This document shows positions 1 through 10,817 of a stretch of 64,000 nucleotides of DNA, one piece after another (position 1 is the first letter of the stretch; each line of letters begins with the position of its first letter). Source of the stretch: Octopus sinensis (Eukaryota); contig NC_042998.1 of NCBI RefSeq assembly GCF_006345805.1, positions 19,778,001 to 19,842,000 on the forward strand, written 5' to 3'. The notes beneath the pieces are model-generated. The model did not search any database. It was not told where the DNA came from and saw nothing but the letters and a program-made list of their open reading frames with translations. The translations under genes and the position numbers were made by a program.

Positions 1-775
1 AGAATTCTAGAAATTTGTACTATCATAATAAAACTTAATCAATGACGTTTTACATTGCTCTATCAACAATACTTTTTAATCTTTCCTTTTTCCTAACAAG
101 GTGCAATATATTGAGGGCGTCTTCTGAGAGATACTCAAAACTGTTATTTCCAGCAATTATTTCACAATATACAGTATATCAACGCAAATAGACACCTAGT
201 AAAGATATTCTTTTTTAATTGACTGTCACAGAATTAACTCAGAAACAGGTTTGCATATATATTCACACGCGCGCAAATACCCACACACATTCAAATACAC
301 ACATATAAAATATGTATCTATGTATTTTATCATTTTGCAAAATTTTAACGATAATAGCCTAGAAATCAATATACATATGTTCCGGAATGAAGGTAAACGA
401 GTAAAGAGCATGGAATGAAATTTTCAACCAATCTTTTCCACCAATTTCACACTGCTCCCAAAATATCTCAGAATAACTTCAGAAGAAAAAGATTGTGAGC
501 GAAGCACCCTAAGGTGAGACAAGAAAGATCAAGTGTAGAGATGGCGAACGACACGTGTTACAGAATGAGAATGGAATATGATTGTGCATTGCTGACCTAC
601 CAGTTTATGATGCCAAACTCACTGTATTTATTGGCCTTCATTATATTTCTAAAATCTCACAAAACTGTTTCTGTCTTTCACTCATAAAACTTAGATGTGT
701 TTCGACCAATGATTGATCTAGGCCATGTCTAACTTAATAGCACCACCTGATAGGATTATTTGAATCCTGTTTAAG

Positions 776-960
776 TCAAGTTTTGTTTATGGTCCATTCA
801 AGTAGTGAGTTTTTGTTGGGTGAGTTGTATCCAGTTATGGGGGGCTTATCTTGTATTCCTTGAAGGAATCTATCCAGACTCCATTTAAAGTTGATGGGAT
901 CATGTTCCTCTTTGACCTCTTTCGGGACACACATAACAAGAGGTTTTTCTTCAGCATCAT
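776..960 (-). mobile_element. 3' end of CR1/L2-like LINE ORF2 (truncated relic)
   Basis: Minus frame reads ...CVPKEVKEEHDPINFKWSLDRFLQGIQDKPPITGYNSPNKNSLLEWTINKT*, resembling the C-terminal 'FKxxLDxFLxxIPDxPxxxGY...NSLL' signature of invertebrate CR1-group RTs (recognised from memory). Confidence 0.6.
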
Positions 961-1310
961 GCTACCATGAGAATATATACACTGTATATGATACAGAACT
1001 ATAAATATCATACCTACGTATCATACCTATAAAGTAGAAAGCAGTTATATCACAGGAGTTATATTCAGGAAATATATTCTACGAGTCTAACAATTTTCAA
1101 TCAAACTTTAGTAGTCTTTGAAATGTAGACGTGCATACGCGTACGCGCGTATGGAGGAGGGAGTGTTTTCCTGACTCCAGTTCGACCTCATTTGTTTCTA
1201 TATGTTTTGTGAATGAAAGAATATGGACTGAAAGTTATTATATGAGTGTATGAGTGAGTGTGCTTTAATGTATGCAAATACGTGTCTATCCATATATATC
1301 GTCGAATATG

Positions 1311-1390
<80 letters not shown>

Positions 1391-1396
1391 ATGCTA

Positions 1397-1551
1397 ACGT
1401 CCCCGTAACCTAGCGGTTCGGCAAAAGAGACGGTATAGAATAAGTACCAGGCTTACAAAGAATAAGTTCTGGGGTCGATCTGCTCGACTAAAGACGGTGT
1501 TCCAGCATGACCGCTGTCAAGTGACTGAAACAAGTAAAAGAGTAAAAGAGT
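1397..1551 (+). mobile_element. SINE family A, 3' half (5'-truncated), following an (AT)n(GT)n microsatellite
   Basis: Matches the 3' half of the full copies at 41613-42008 and 43166-43557, ending in the (GTAAAAGA)n tail. Confidence 0.9.
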
Positions 1552-1914
1552 ATATGCTCTTAAATTACCATAGCAGCACGAGGGTGTCAACATCATGCTG
1601 GAAATAAAACTTCACATTCCTAAATCATTACTTGACATGACCGACTGTCACGGCAACTTCAAGAAAATGGTACCAGTCAGATTAATATCGAAAATTAATG
1701 CTATAGCTATTTCTTTACGTTTGGGGCTGTACCATACTGCAACTCCTTGTTTTCACCCCTAATCTCAGCTCCCTATAAATGAAATTGTTGCGGTATACTC
1801 TGATCTCAAACAAGCAGTTGTGTGATTTTCAGTAACACATTCGAACTATAGAGTTATTTAACTAAACAACTTACTGCCGCAAGGTATTGACTAATGGGAC
1901 CTTCGCAAAATATT

Positions 1915-2340
1915 GGTTTCTAATTTGGCACAAAGCCAGGAATTTCAGAGTAGAATGTAAGTGAATTATATCGGCTCCTTTGCTAAACTGGTACCTGTTT
2001 TATCGAACCCGAGAGGATAAAACGCAGAATAGACCCACAACGGCATGTGAACTCAAAATATAATCCTTTCTATAATAGGCCCAAGGCCTGAAATTTGGGG
2101 CAGGAGAAAGTCGATTACATCGAGTCCAGTACTCAACTGGTACTTAATTTATCGACACTCAAAGGATGAAAGGTAAAGTCGACCTCGGCGCAATTTGAAC
2201 CCAGAACCTAGCGACGGACGAAATGCCCCTAAGCCTTTCGCCCAGCGTACTAACAATTCTGCCAGCTCGCCGCCTTATGAACTCAAAATATAAATGTCGG
2301 AAGAAATACTGCTAAGCGTTTTGTCCGGTATTCTGACGAT
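1915..2340 (-). mobile_element. Old diverged SINE B-type copy interrupted by a younger SINE B copy
   Basis: Degenerate B body at 1915-2063 resumes at 2278-2340; the 16-mer TGAACTCAAAATATAA is duplicated at 2048-2063 and 2278-2293. Confidence 0.75.
2064..2277 (-). mobile_element. SINE family B, full length (B2-type tail)
   Basis: Head GGCGGCGAGCTGGCAGAA, box-B-like GGGTTCAAATTG, central GTCGACTTTACCTTTCATCCTTT block; 16-bp TSD. Confidence 0.9.
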
Positions 2341-2884
2341 TCTATCAGTTTGCCACCTACCTTTGCAAACTCTTGTTTTCCAATTTTAGCATGAGACCAG
2401 CGATTTCTGACACTGTTGTAAGTTGATTACATTGACCCCAATGCTCAACTGGTACTTATTCTCTTGACCCAGAAGGGATAAACATTTTATGAGCCATTCT
2501 AACTATTCTCCCCAGTTTCCCACGCGGCCCCAACGTCCGCAAAATATGAAAATACAACAATTGCTTATCACAACATAATCCAAAATGTATCATGCGCACG
2601 TCAGAATCGTTGATTATCGAATTGAAACCTGGTGGAATAATTGTCAGAAAAAAATATAATGAATGAAATACCTTCATATTTTATCGATGCCTTGGGTAGG
2701 AAAGGCAAATATCAAAATATCATTATTTCAATTCATTTGTTTACAGGTCTTTTTGTATTAAAAATATATTATATTAACGTAACCTTTCAAATGGCAATTC
2801 AGACCAATACCAGTTTCTATACTATTTCATTAATTTCTCTGGTTGATTTACCATAATAACAGCAACAGCAATAACAATGATAAT

Positions 2885-4016
2885 GGTTTCAAAGTCCAGA
2901 AAGATCGGGGGCTGGTGGCGAAGTCAATTACATCGACCCCTATACACAACTGGTACTCAATTTATCGCCTCCAAAAGGATGAAAAGTCGACCTCGGAAGA
3001 ATTTGAACTCAGAACGTAAATACGGACGAAATACCACTAAGCGTTATGTCCGGCGTGATAACGATTCTTTTCTACTCTAGGCACAAGGCTCGAAATTTTG
3101 GGGGACGGAGCCAGTCGAATAGATCGATCCCAGTACGTAACTGGTAATTAATTTATCGACCCCAAAAGGATGAAAGGCAAAGTTTACCTCGGCGAAATTT
3201 GAACTCAGAACGTAAAGACGGACGAAATACCTATTTCTTTACTACCCACAAGGGGCCAAACACAGAGAAGACAAACAAGGACAGACAAACGGATTAAGTC
3301 GATTATATAGATCCCAGTGCGTTACTGCTACTTCTTTTATCGACCCCGAAATGATGAAAGGCAAAGATGACCTCGGCAGAATTTGAACTCAGAACGTAAC
3401 GGCAGACGAATTACCTATTTCTTTATTACCCACAAGGGGCTAAACACAGAGAGGACAAACAAGGACAGACATAGGTATTAAGTCGATTACATCGACCCCA
3501 GTCCGTAACTGGTACTTATTTAATCGACCCCGAAAGGATGAAAGGCAAAGTTTACCTCGGCGAAATTTGAACTCAGAACGTAAAGACAGACGAAATACCT
3601 ATTTCTTTACTACCCACAAGGGGCTAAACACAGAGAGGACAAACAAGGACAGATATAGTAGGTATTAAGTCGATTACATCGACCCCAGTGCGTAACTGGT
3701 ACTAACTTTTCGACTCCGAAAGGATGAAAGGCAAAGTCGACATCGGCGAAATTTGAACTCAGAACGTAAAGACGGACGAAATACCTATTTCTTTATTACC
3801 CACAAGCGGCTAAACACAGAGGGGACAAACAAGGACAGACAAACGGATTAAGACGATTATATCGACCCCAGTGCGTAACTGGTACTTATTTAATCGACCC
3901 CGAAAGGATGAAAGGCAAAGTCGACCTCGGCGGAATTTGACCTCAGAACGTAGCGGCAGACTAAATGTCGCTAAGCATTTCGCCCGGCGTGCTAATGTTT
4001 CTGCCAGCTCGCCGCC
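2885..4016 (-). repeat. Head-to-tail SINE B multimer: one headed unit, three head-less ~184-bp B1 units, one B2 unit and one older B3 unit
   Basis: Identical junction GACGAA(A/T)TAC|CTATTTC at 3230/3231, 3414/3415, 3598/3599 and 3784/3785 (periods 184, 184, 186); the complete tRNA-like head is present only at about 3960-4016. Confidence 0.92.
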
Positions 4017-4504
4017 ATCAATAACAGCAACAATAATAATAATTATGATGGTGATGATGATGATAATTGTGATGATTTATTACATAGATACAATAGTTTG
4101 ATCGATATCGACTTGTACTTAGTAGATCATTGATCCTTCAGAATAAAAGACAACGTCAAAACCGTGGGATTAACATTGAGAAGAGAAATAGGCGTAACTA
4201 AATAGCACAAACCTTACATTCATTATTTCACCAGGGTTGCTATATTTCTCCTACGTTTTATTAGTATTTCGTTCATTGACAAAAGTATTGTAAATACTGT
4301 AATTTACCTGGAAGCGTAATCGGGATATTCTTATTGATCCATATGATTTGAACCCTGAGCGCAACCGGTGAGCAGTGCTAAATATATATTTGATATACTT
4401 AACACCTTTCTGGAAGTGCGCTAGGAAAGTAGTTTTAATGATACTTACGTGAAGGATCGTTACGAAACAAATAGAAAGACGAAATTTACGTGCGATTAGA
4501 AGAT

Positions 4505-4599
4505 ACATGTATACATATATATATGTGTGTGTGTGTATATAATCGTTATACATATATATTATGCATAGATGTGTATGTGTATCTATCTATATGAAGGTA

Positions 4600-4689
<90 letters not shown>

Positions 4690-4710
4690 TATATATATAT
4701 AATATATATA

Positions 4711-4760
<50 letters not shown>

Positions 4761-4816
4761 GTGTGTATATATATATAATATATATATACATACATATATA
4801 TGTATATGTATATATA
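4505..4816. repeat. (TA)n-rich compound microsatellite
   Basis: Directly visible; source of the YI-repeat pseudo-ORFs. Confidence 0.97.
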
Positions 4817-5340
4817 CGCCGCAGAGGCATGAGAGAGGCAGGTTGACATCAATGTCAATTGATCTAACTAAGCAATTAAGTGGGGGAAAAATTAAGCAAT
4901 TATAGCTGATATATTCTTGTTTCTGCACCACATGCTTTCTATAGAGATCATATCAATAGTCATTACATTATCTGATGATAATAATTATATCAGTTTATGA
5001 GAATAAGGCTTGTATTGATTTTTTATAAGGACAGGCTCCAATACATTCTTAGTAATTGTTTATTCAACGTCGCATAATGGAGTTTGCATTGGAGCTACCT
5101 GTGATAGGTGCATGGCACATAAAATGCAACTATTAATTTGCGTCATCCACGGCTTGGAGATCACGCACACATTTTTATATTCTCTATGCATGTTACAGAC
5201 AGCATCAATCCAAACATTTGCTACAGCGTCTTTCAAATGTACTTTTGCGGGTGTGTTGACATAGCCACCCACGCTATTTTCAAAAGGCATGAAAATGCAG
5301 CTATTCTCTTGGTACTTTTTATGTCTAGGACACCTTTTCA

Positions 5341-6784
5341 TAAGAAATGCATCTAGCTGAGTAAAAAGTAAGCAGCGTTTTGAACCGTGAAGAATTTGCA
5401 CCGGATTGAAGTTTGAATTTTTTAAAACATTTTTTAATTATTTTTTTTTAAATGGTCTGATAATACCGACATAGACTTGACGAAATGTATCGATAAATTA
5501 GCATTGACTTTTCTCCCCGTTATTACAATCATCTGAACTGGAACTGTCAAAGTGCGATATTCGAGCAAGTTTGCTATTCAACTTCAAAAAAGGACGTAAA
5601 GTAGCCGAAACTGCTCGCGACATCAACGAAACGCTTGGTGAGGAAATGACCAGTGAGTAGTCAGCTCGAAAATGGTTGAAACGCTTTCGCAGTGGAAACC
5701 TGAGCCTTGAAGATCGTGAGCGTAGTGGACGCCCATCTGTCATCGATGTCGGCCAATTAAAGACAGTATTTGAGAAAGGTCCACGTAAAACCACTCAAGA
5801 ATTGTCAAAAGCATTTCAAGTTAGTCAGAAAACTGCCTGCAATTCTCCGCATGCGACCGGAAAATCAAAAATGCTCGACAAATGGGCACCACACGATTTG
5901 AATAAAAATCAGAAAATGCTCGTCGCTTCTTCTATGTAACCAGACCGATTCATTTCTCGACCTATTGGAACTTGCGATGAAAAGTGGATTTTGTGCAATA
6001 ATAAAAAGGTTTTTCGCAGTGGTTGGGCAACGAAGCACCGAAAGCCTTCCCTATAATAGAGTTCTTAAAAAATAAGGTTATGGTGACTACTGGTGTACTG
6101 CAGGATTCATCCACTATGACTTCTTAAAACCTGGAAAAACCTTTACTGCAGAAGCATATTTCCAGGAAATTGTCAAAATAAACGAAAAACTGCTATTTAC
6201 CCGTCCCAGACTGGTCAACGGAAGAGCACCATCATTCTTCATGACAATGCTCGACCTCACGTGTCACTAATGATGCTTCAGAATTTGAGGGAACTTGGCT
6301 ACGAAGTTACTCCATACCCAACGTATTTCTCAGTTCTTTTTCCTCCCAACTATGATTTTTTCAAGCACCTTGACAGCTTCCTGCAAGAGAAGGAGTTCAA
6401 AAAATCCAACCGATATTGAAAGTGCGTTCAAAAGTTCTATTACAATTGGTGTCAGAAAACCTGGAAAATGTCACAGATCTAATTCAACTACTTAATATGT
6501 TTAATCCCTTCGTCATGGTTAGAGATTCAAACGCTTGTTTCACTTATGTAACGCCAAACAAGAATAGCTCTCACACGACTGTGTTAACTAGCCCAGCACC
6601 CTGCTTCAGAACTCTAGATTTTTATGTTACCGGAATAAACAAATTTGTCACTCGTTGGGAAATATGTTGCATGTAATGGAGCATATTTAGATGAATAAAA
6701 TATCTATTTTGTTGAAATATATTCTGATAGACGTCATGTTTTGAAAGCGTTGCTTACTGTTTACTCAGACTGATACATCTTTTC
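5341..6784 (+). mobile_element. mariner (Tc1/mariner, DD34D-type) transposon relic
   Basis: Imperfect inverted ends: 5342-5383 AAGAAATGCATCTAGCTGAGTAAAAAGTAAGCAGCGTTTTGAA versus the reverse complement of 6741-6783; contains a transposase pseudogene. Confidence 0.9.
5538..6698 (+). pseudogene. mariner transposase pseudogene with stops, frameshifts and a 169-bp insertion
   Basis: Motifs WLKRFRSGNLSLEDRERSGRP (HTH), KWAPHDL (WVPHEL-like), TCDEKW, LHDNARPH, DFFKHLDSFL and C-terminal FYVTGINKFVTRW...NGAYLDE*. Confidence 0.92.
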
Positions 6785-7081
6785 TGTACAATAACGGAAC
6801 TGGTGACAGTATTGCATACACTACGCATTTTTTTCTATCAAATTATCCTGTACTCTTCAAATATATTGTGTACAATTTTGTTCCGTGTTCGAAGGCGTGT
6901 GTCCTAGTTGTTAGGGTGCTGGGCTCGTTAACTCAGTCGTGTGAGAGCTATTCTTGTTTGGCGTTACATAAGTGAAACAAGCGTTTGAATCTCTAACCAT
7001 GATGTAGGGCTTAAACATATTAAGTAGTTGAATTAAATCTGCGACATTTTCCAGGTTTTCTGACACCAATTGTAATAGAAC
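6434..7081. repeat. 169-bp inverted repeat pair (6434-6602 and 6913-7081), 310-bp spacer
   Basis: Manual alignment gives 7 mismatches in 169 nt and no gaps. Confidence 0.95.
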
Positions 7082-8344
7082 CTCCGATCGTATTCAGGAA
7101 TTCTCTACTCTATAGATTTTAGCATTCACAAGTGTGTCACTTCCATCTAAGACGGCGCACGCAGTAAGGCGTTAGATGTTCAGGTCTTGGGTTATGCTAA
7201 ATAGTGCCTTCCAATATAATTTTAAATAACAAATTCCTCTCTCATACAGAGGGAAAATGAATGCTGAACTGAGGTAACTTCTGGAAGAAAGTTCAATCCA
7301 TTGGTGCCGAATTATTGGTCCACAGTAAGGAATCGTTATCTGCCAATAATTCTAGCAACCCTCTTTCCAGTTGAGCGCGCATAGCCTTTTTCTACGTGTA
7401 GTATGTAACTTCTTTTCTATGAACTGGCAGCGAAATGCTGCACTTCAAGATCAAGAGCTAATAATGTAGCTTTTGGTTGGAAGATATTTCCAGCATGTTG
7501 AGCATCTCTTAAATTGGTATGTTTATCCACTATGAAAACCTGGATTCTAATCGTTGGGCTCCAGCGAAGGACATCGCTTTAAGTTATTGGTTTCTTTACG
7601 CATTTGTGCGGTCACATTAAGAGTAGAGCTGATGGAGACGACGTTAAATTTAACAGTAGTAGTAGACGTAGTATCAGTGTTGCTCTTTGCATTGTGGTGG
7701 TGAAGTCGTTCTTTCTTTGTCACATACTGCTTCGAATGCTTTAATTCTGTTACTGTCGTTGAGAATACTGTCTATTCCACCCACTGCATTGAGGTTGGTG
7801 GTAGTGGTGGTTACGATGGATGTGTCCACGATCTTGTTTTCCCTGGTTCCAGCGCCACAACTGTTGTGATGGAATTTCATGAGTTGCTGTTGCTTTTCTC
7901 GTTCTCTGTTAATTCGATAGTGTTGCAGTTCTTGCGGCAGCCATTATTGCTGATGCAGCTGTATTCCTGCCTCTCACAGTAGCCATGCTAGAGCTTTTTA
8001 GGCTTGATAATTCGTAATTTCAAATCGCCTGCCGATTTTCTCTCCAATTGATTAACTATTAACTACTTTAATTTATTTTTCAAAATTTTGTAGAATTGTT
8101 TAAAAGGTTTGGGCAGAAAGGTTAAAAAAAACGGAAGCGCTAACATCTGGTCGCTCTTAGATTAATTAAAAGTAACAACCACGTATTAACAATGAAAAAA
8201 TATCTACTTATAGGAATAAAATGCATTACGTACTTCTCTCGGGTACGGTTGGTTAGTGCAACGACTACTACAGCTGCTGCTACTACAACTAACGTTATCA
8301 GTATTACGACTATTACTACTACAGCTACTACTAATGATAGTAAT

Positions 8345-8535
8345 GATTTCAAATTTTGGCACAAGCCAGTAAGTTCAGAAAGGGGTGGTGTAAGTCGATT
8401 GCATCGACCCCAATACTTAACTGGAACTTATTCTATCGACCCTGAATGGATGGAAAGCAAAGTATACCTCAGCAGAATTCGAACACAAAAAATAAAGATG
8501 GGCGAAATACCGTTACGCATTTTGCCTGTCGTCTA
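8345..8535 (-). mobile_element. Old SINE B-related copy (B3-type tail)
   Basis: Degenerate AGTCGATTGCATCGACCCC...TATCGACCCTGAATGGATGGAAAGCAAAGT block shared with the B copies. Confidence 0.75.
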
Positions 8536-9016
8536 GCTATTTAGATAAATGATAATAATTCGGAGGTTTTCAATTTGGCCCAAGGTCAGTAATTTTGAGG
8601 TGAAAGTGTAAATTGATATAAACGACCCAGTGCTTAAACTCTAGAAATAGTTCGGGGGATGCTAAGAATGGTCTGAGCTTAACTTCTCTATCAACCGCTT
8701 CAGCTTCACCTAATAACTGCCACATCTCACAGTTTCATAAAATGTCTCATAACGAAGATGTTTACAGTTTCAGTAAAACAGATAACGAAATTTCTCTCAA
8801 TTACAGATAATACTGCTGCTGCTACGGCTACTGCTGGTACTGCTGCACACTTAAATGTATTAGACATCCTCAAAAACAAAAGCATCTGCAATACTTATCG
8901 AAATCTCCCACCGCATAGTACTACAGCTGCTACCCTACATATCTCTGTTCTGTTTATTTTCACATGGTTGCAACGACATAGACTGTTCTCCACATTCACG
9001 TCTTTACCTATCATTA

Positions 9017-9251
9017 CCTATTTCTTTAATACCCACAAGGGCCTAAACACAGAAGGGACAAACAAGGACAGACAAAGGGATTAAGTCGACTACATCGACC
9101 CCAGTGCGAAACTTGTACTTAATTTATCGACCCCGAAAGGATGAAAGGCAAAGTCGACCTCGTCGGAATTTGAACTCAGAACGTAGCGGCAGACGAAATA
9201 CCGCAAAGCATTTCGCCCGCCGTGCTAACATTTCTGCCAGCTCGCCGCCTT
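9017..9251 (-). mobile_element. SINE family B1, full length, with 21-bp TSD
   Basis: CTTTACCTATCATTACCTATT at 9002-9022 and 9249-9269; complete head and tail. Confidence 0.95.
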
Positions 9252-9326
9252 TACCTATCATTACCTATTACATGTTGCCCCTCGCGGAACCCGCATGAAA
9301 ATATGTCAACAATCATTCGTCTACAC

Positions 9327-9645
9327 CAGTAGTTCCCAATCTAGAGTCCATGGATCCCTAGTGATCCGCAAAGGAAGTACTGGTGGTCCTTGAACTAAAT
9401 TAAAAATTTCAAATATATATATATTAAAATTATAATTTAGGGTATATAAGAGATACCACCATGCTGGAAATAGCAGTCAAAACGTGACTCTAAAACCACA
9501 TTAAATGTTCATACAACACCAAGAAAGAAGACAAAGAGACAAAATATCTATAAAAAAAAAAGTTACTGGATTATTACCTTTCGATGTTTTTATTTCCGTG
9601 TTGGCCACCTGATAAGATCGGTATTTAAATAACGATCTTATATAT

Positions 9646-9735
<90 letters not shown>

Positions 9736-9824
9736 ATAAAAATAGGCGTATTAAAAGGGGTCTGTGGCAAGACTCATTTAAATAACAGGGTTGGGAACCA
9801 TTGTGTAAAGGTTGAGAAGCACTG
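9327..9824. mobile_element. hAT (Charlie/Buster-like) non-autonomous element with internal microsatellite
   Basis: Left end CAGTAGTTCCCAAT, right end GGTTGAGAAGCACTG, perfect 8-bp TSD GTCTACAC (9319-9326, 9825-9832); an extra right-TIR-like copy at 9789-9803. Confidence 0.85.
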
Positions 9825-10463
9825 GTCTACACAATGCATCTAAGGAAATTTTCTTCTTGACAAAGACTGGCCTACAGAGTTGCCCGTTCAAACTGAGTCT
9901 ATAATCTTCATAGAGACAGTTTACTGCTTCCAGTTGGGCAAGAACATTAAACAGAAGAATTAGATTATATTTTGATAGGCCGGTAAATCATTTCTTTTTC
10001 ATGAATGCCCTTTCAACGTCTATATTTACATGAAATCTTCGCACTGTTTGATATCCGATAACTGGTATTATTTCTCGTAGATTAGTACAGAATTGTATCG
10101 CAGGCCAAGCAATATATCTCCACAAGATGTTATTCTATGTATTTCTATTCTAGAAATACATTACAACTGAAATATCACATACCGACTTCATTTCTAAAAG
10201 TACCTCTAAGATTGTTAACTGTTAAGACTCCAGAAATATATCTTCTTAGAATATATACAATTTATAGAAATAAATATTCGGCAGACATATATATAATTAT
10301 TGTTTGGTGTATAACAATTATAACAGGTCTCTAATACAAACATACAGAAAATGAACAAATATTACAGTCTAAATCTAAATAAAAAGGGAAATTTACTAAA
10401 AAAAATGTGTGTATATACATACATATACATATATATATATATCTTTATATACATATATATATG

Positions 10464-10499
<36 letters not shown>

Positions 10500-10510
10500 G
10501 TGTGTGTGTA

Positions 10511-10817
10511 TCACGTGATCACGTGACCGACCAGACCATCAGATGTTGTTACACATCGCTGGTCACAATGCGTTCGTATTGTTTTAGCATTCGAATGACA
10601 CCACCCCGCTGGCTAAGCAAGCAGGCCAACAGAAGAAAGTGTGAGAGAAAGTATGGTGAAAGAATACAGCAGGGATCACCACCCCCTGCCGGAGCGTCGT
10701 GGAGCTTTTTAGGTGTTTTCGCTCAATAAACAGTCACAACGCCTGGTCTAAGAATCGAAACCGCGATCCTACGACCGTGAGTCCGCTGCCTCAACCACTG
10801 GGCCATTGCGCCTCCAC
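10511..10817 (-). mobile_element. SINE family C, tail type 1 (tRNA-Arg-like head)
   Basis: Head GTGGAGGCGCAATGGCCCAGTGGTTGAGG...GGTTTCGATTC with pol III A and B boxes; tail ends ...GGTCACGTGATCACGTGA. Confidence 0.85.

Noticed and set aside
3068-4016. Regular array that might be taken for CRISPR or a tRNA cluster
   Set aside because: Units are ~184-bp SINE bodies without unique spacers; the DNA is eukaryotic and there are no cas genes.
3871-4101. Recurrent 'RPRKDERQSRPRRN...' and 'MSSNARGTNT...' ORFs
   Set aside because: These are antisense or sense readings of SINE B and SINE A, repeated at every copy.
4569-4931. Long YI/IY/CV/TH-repeat ORFs here and at 11.8-12.2, 15.7-16.2, 20.5-21.4, 42.6-43.7, 56.2-57.3, 59.5-59.8 and 62.5-63.0 kb
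   Set aside because: They are translations of (TA)n/(TG)n/(CA)n microsatellites, which lack stop codons.
5538-6698. SETMAR-like domesticated gene
   Set aside because: No SET domain, multiple stops and frameshifts, and TIR-like ends: an ordinary dead mariner.
10750-10817. tRNA-like heads of SINE families A-D as tRNA genes
   Set aside because: They have A/B boxes but no complete cloverleaf and continue into multi-copy SINE bodies.
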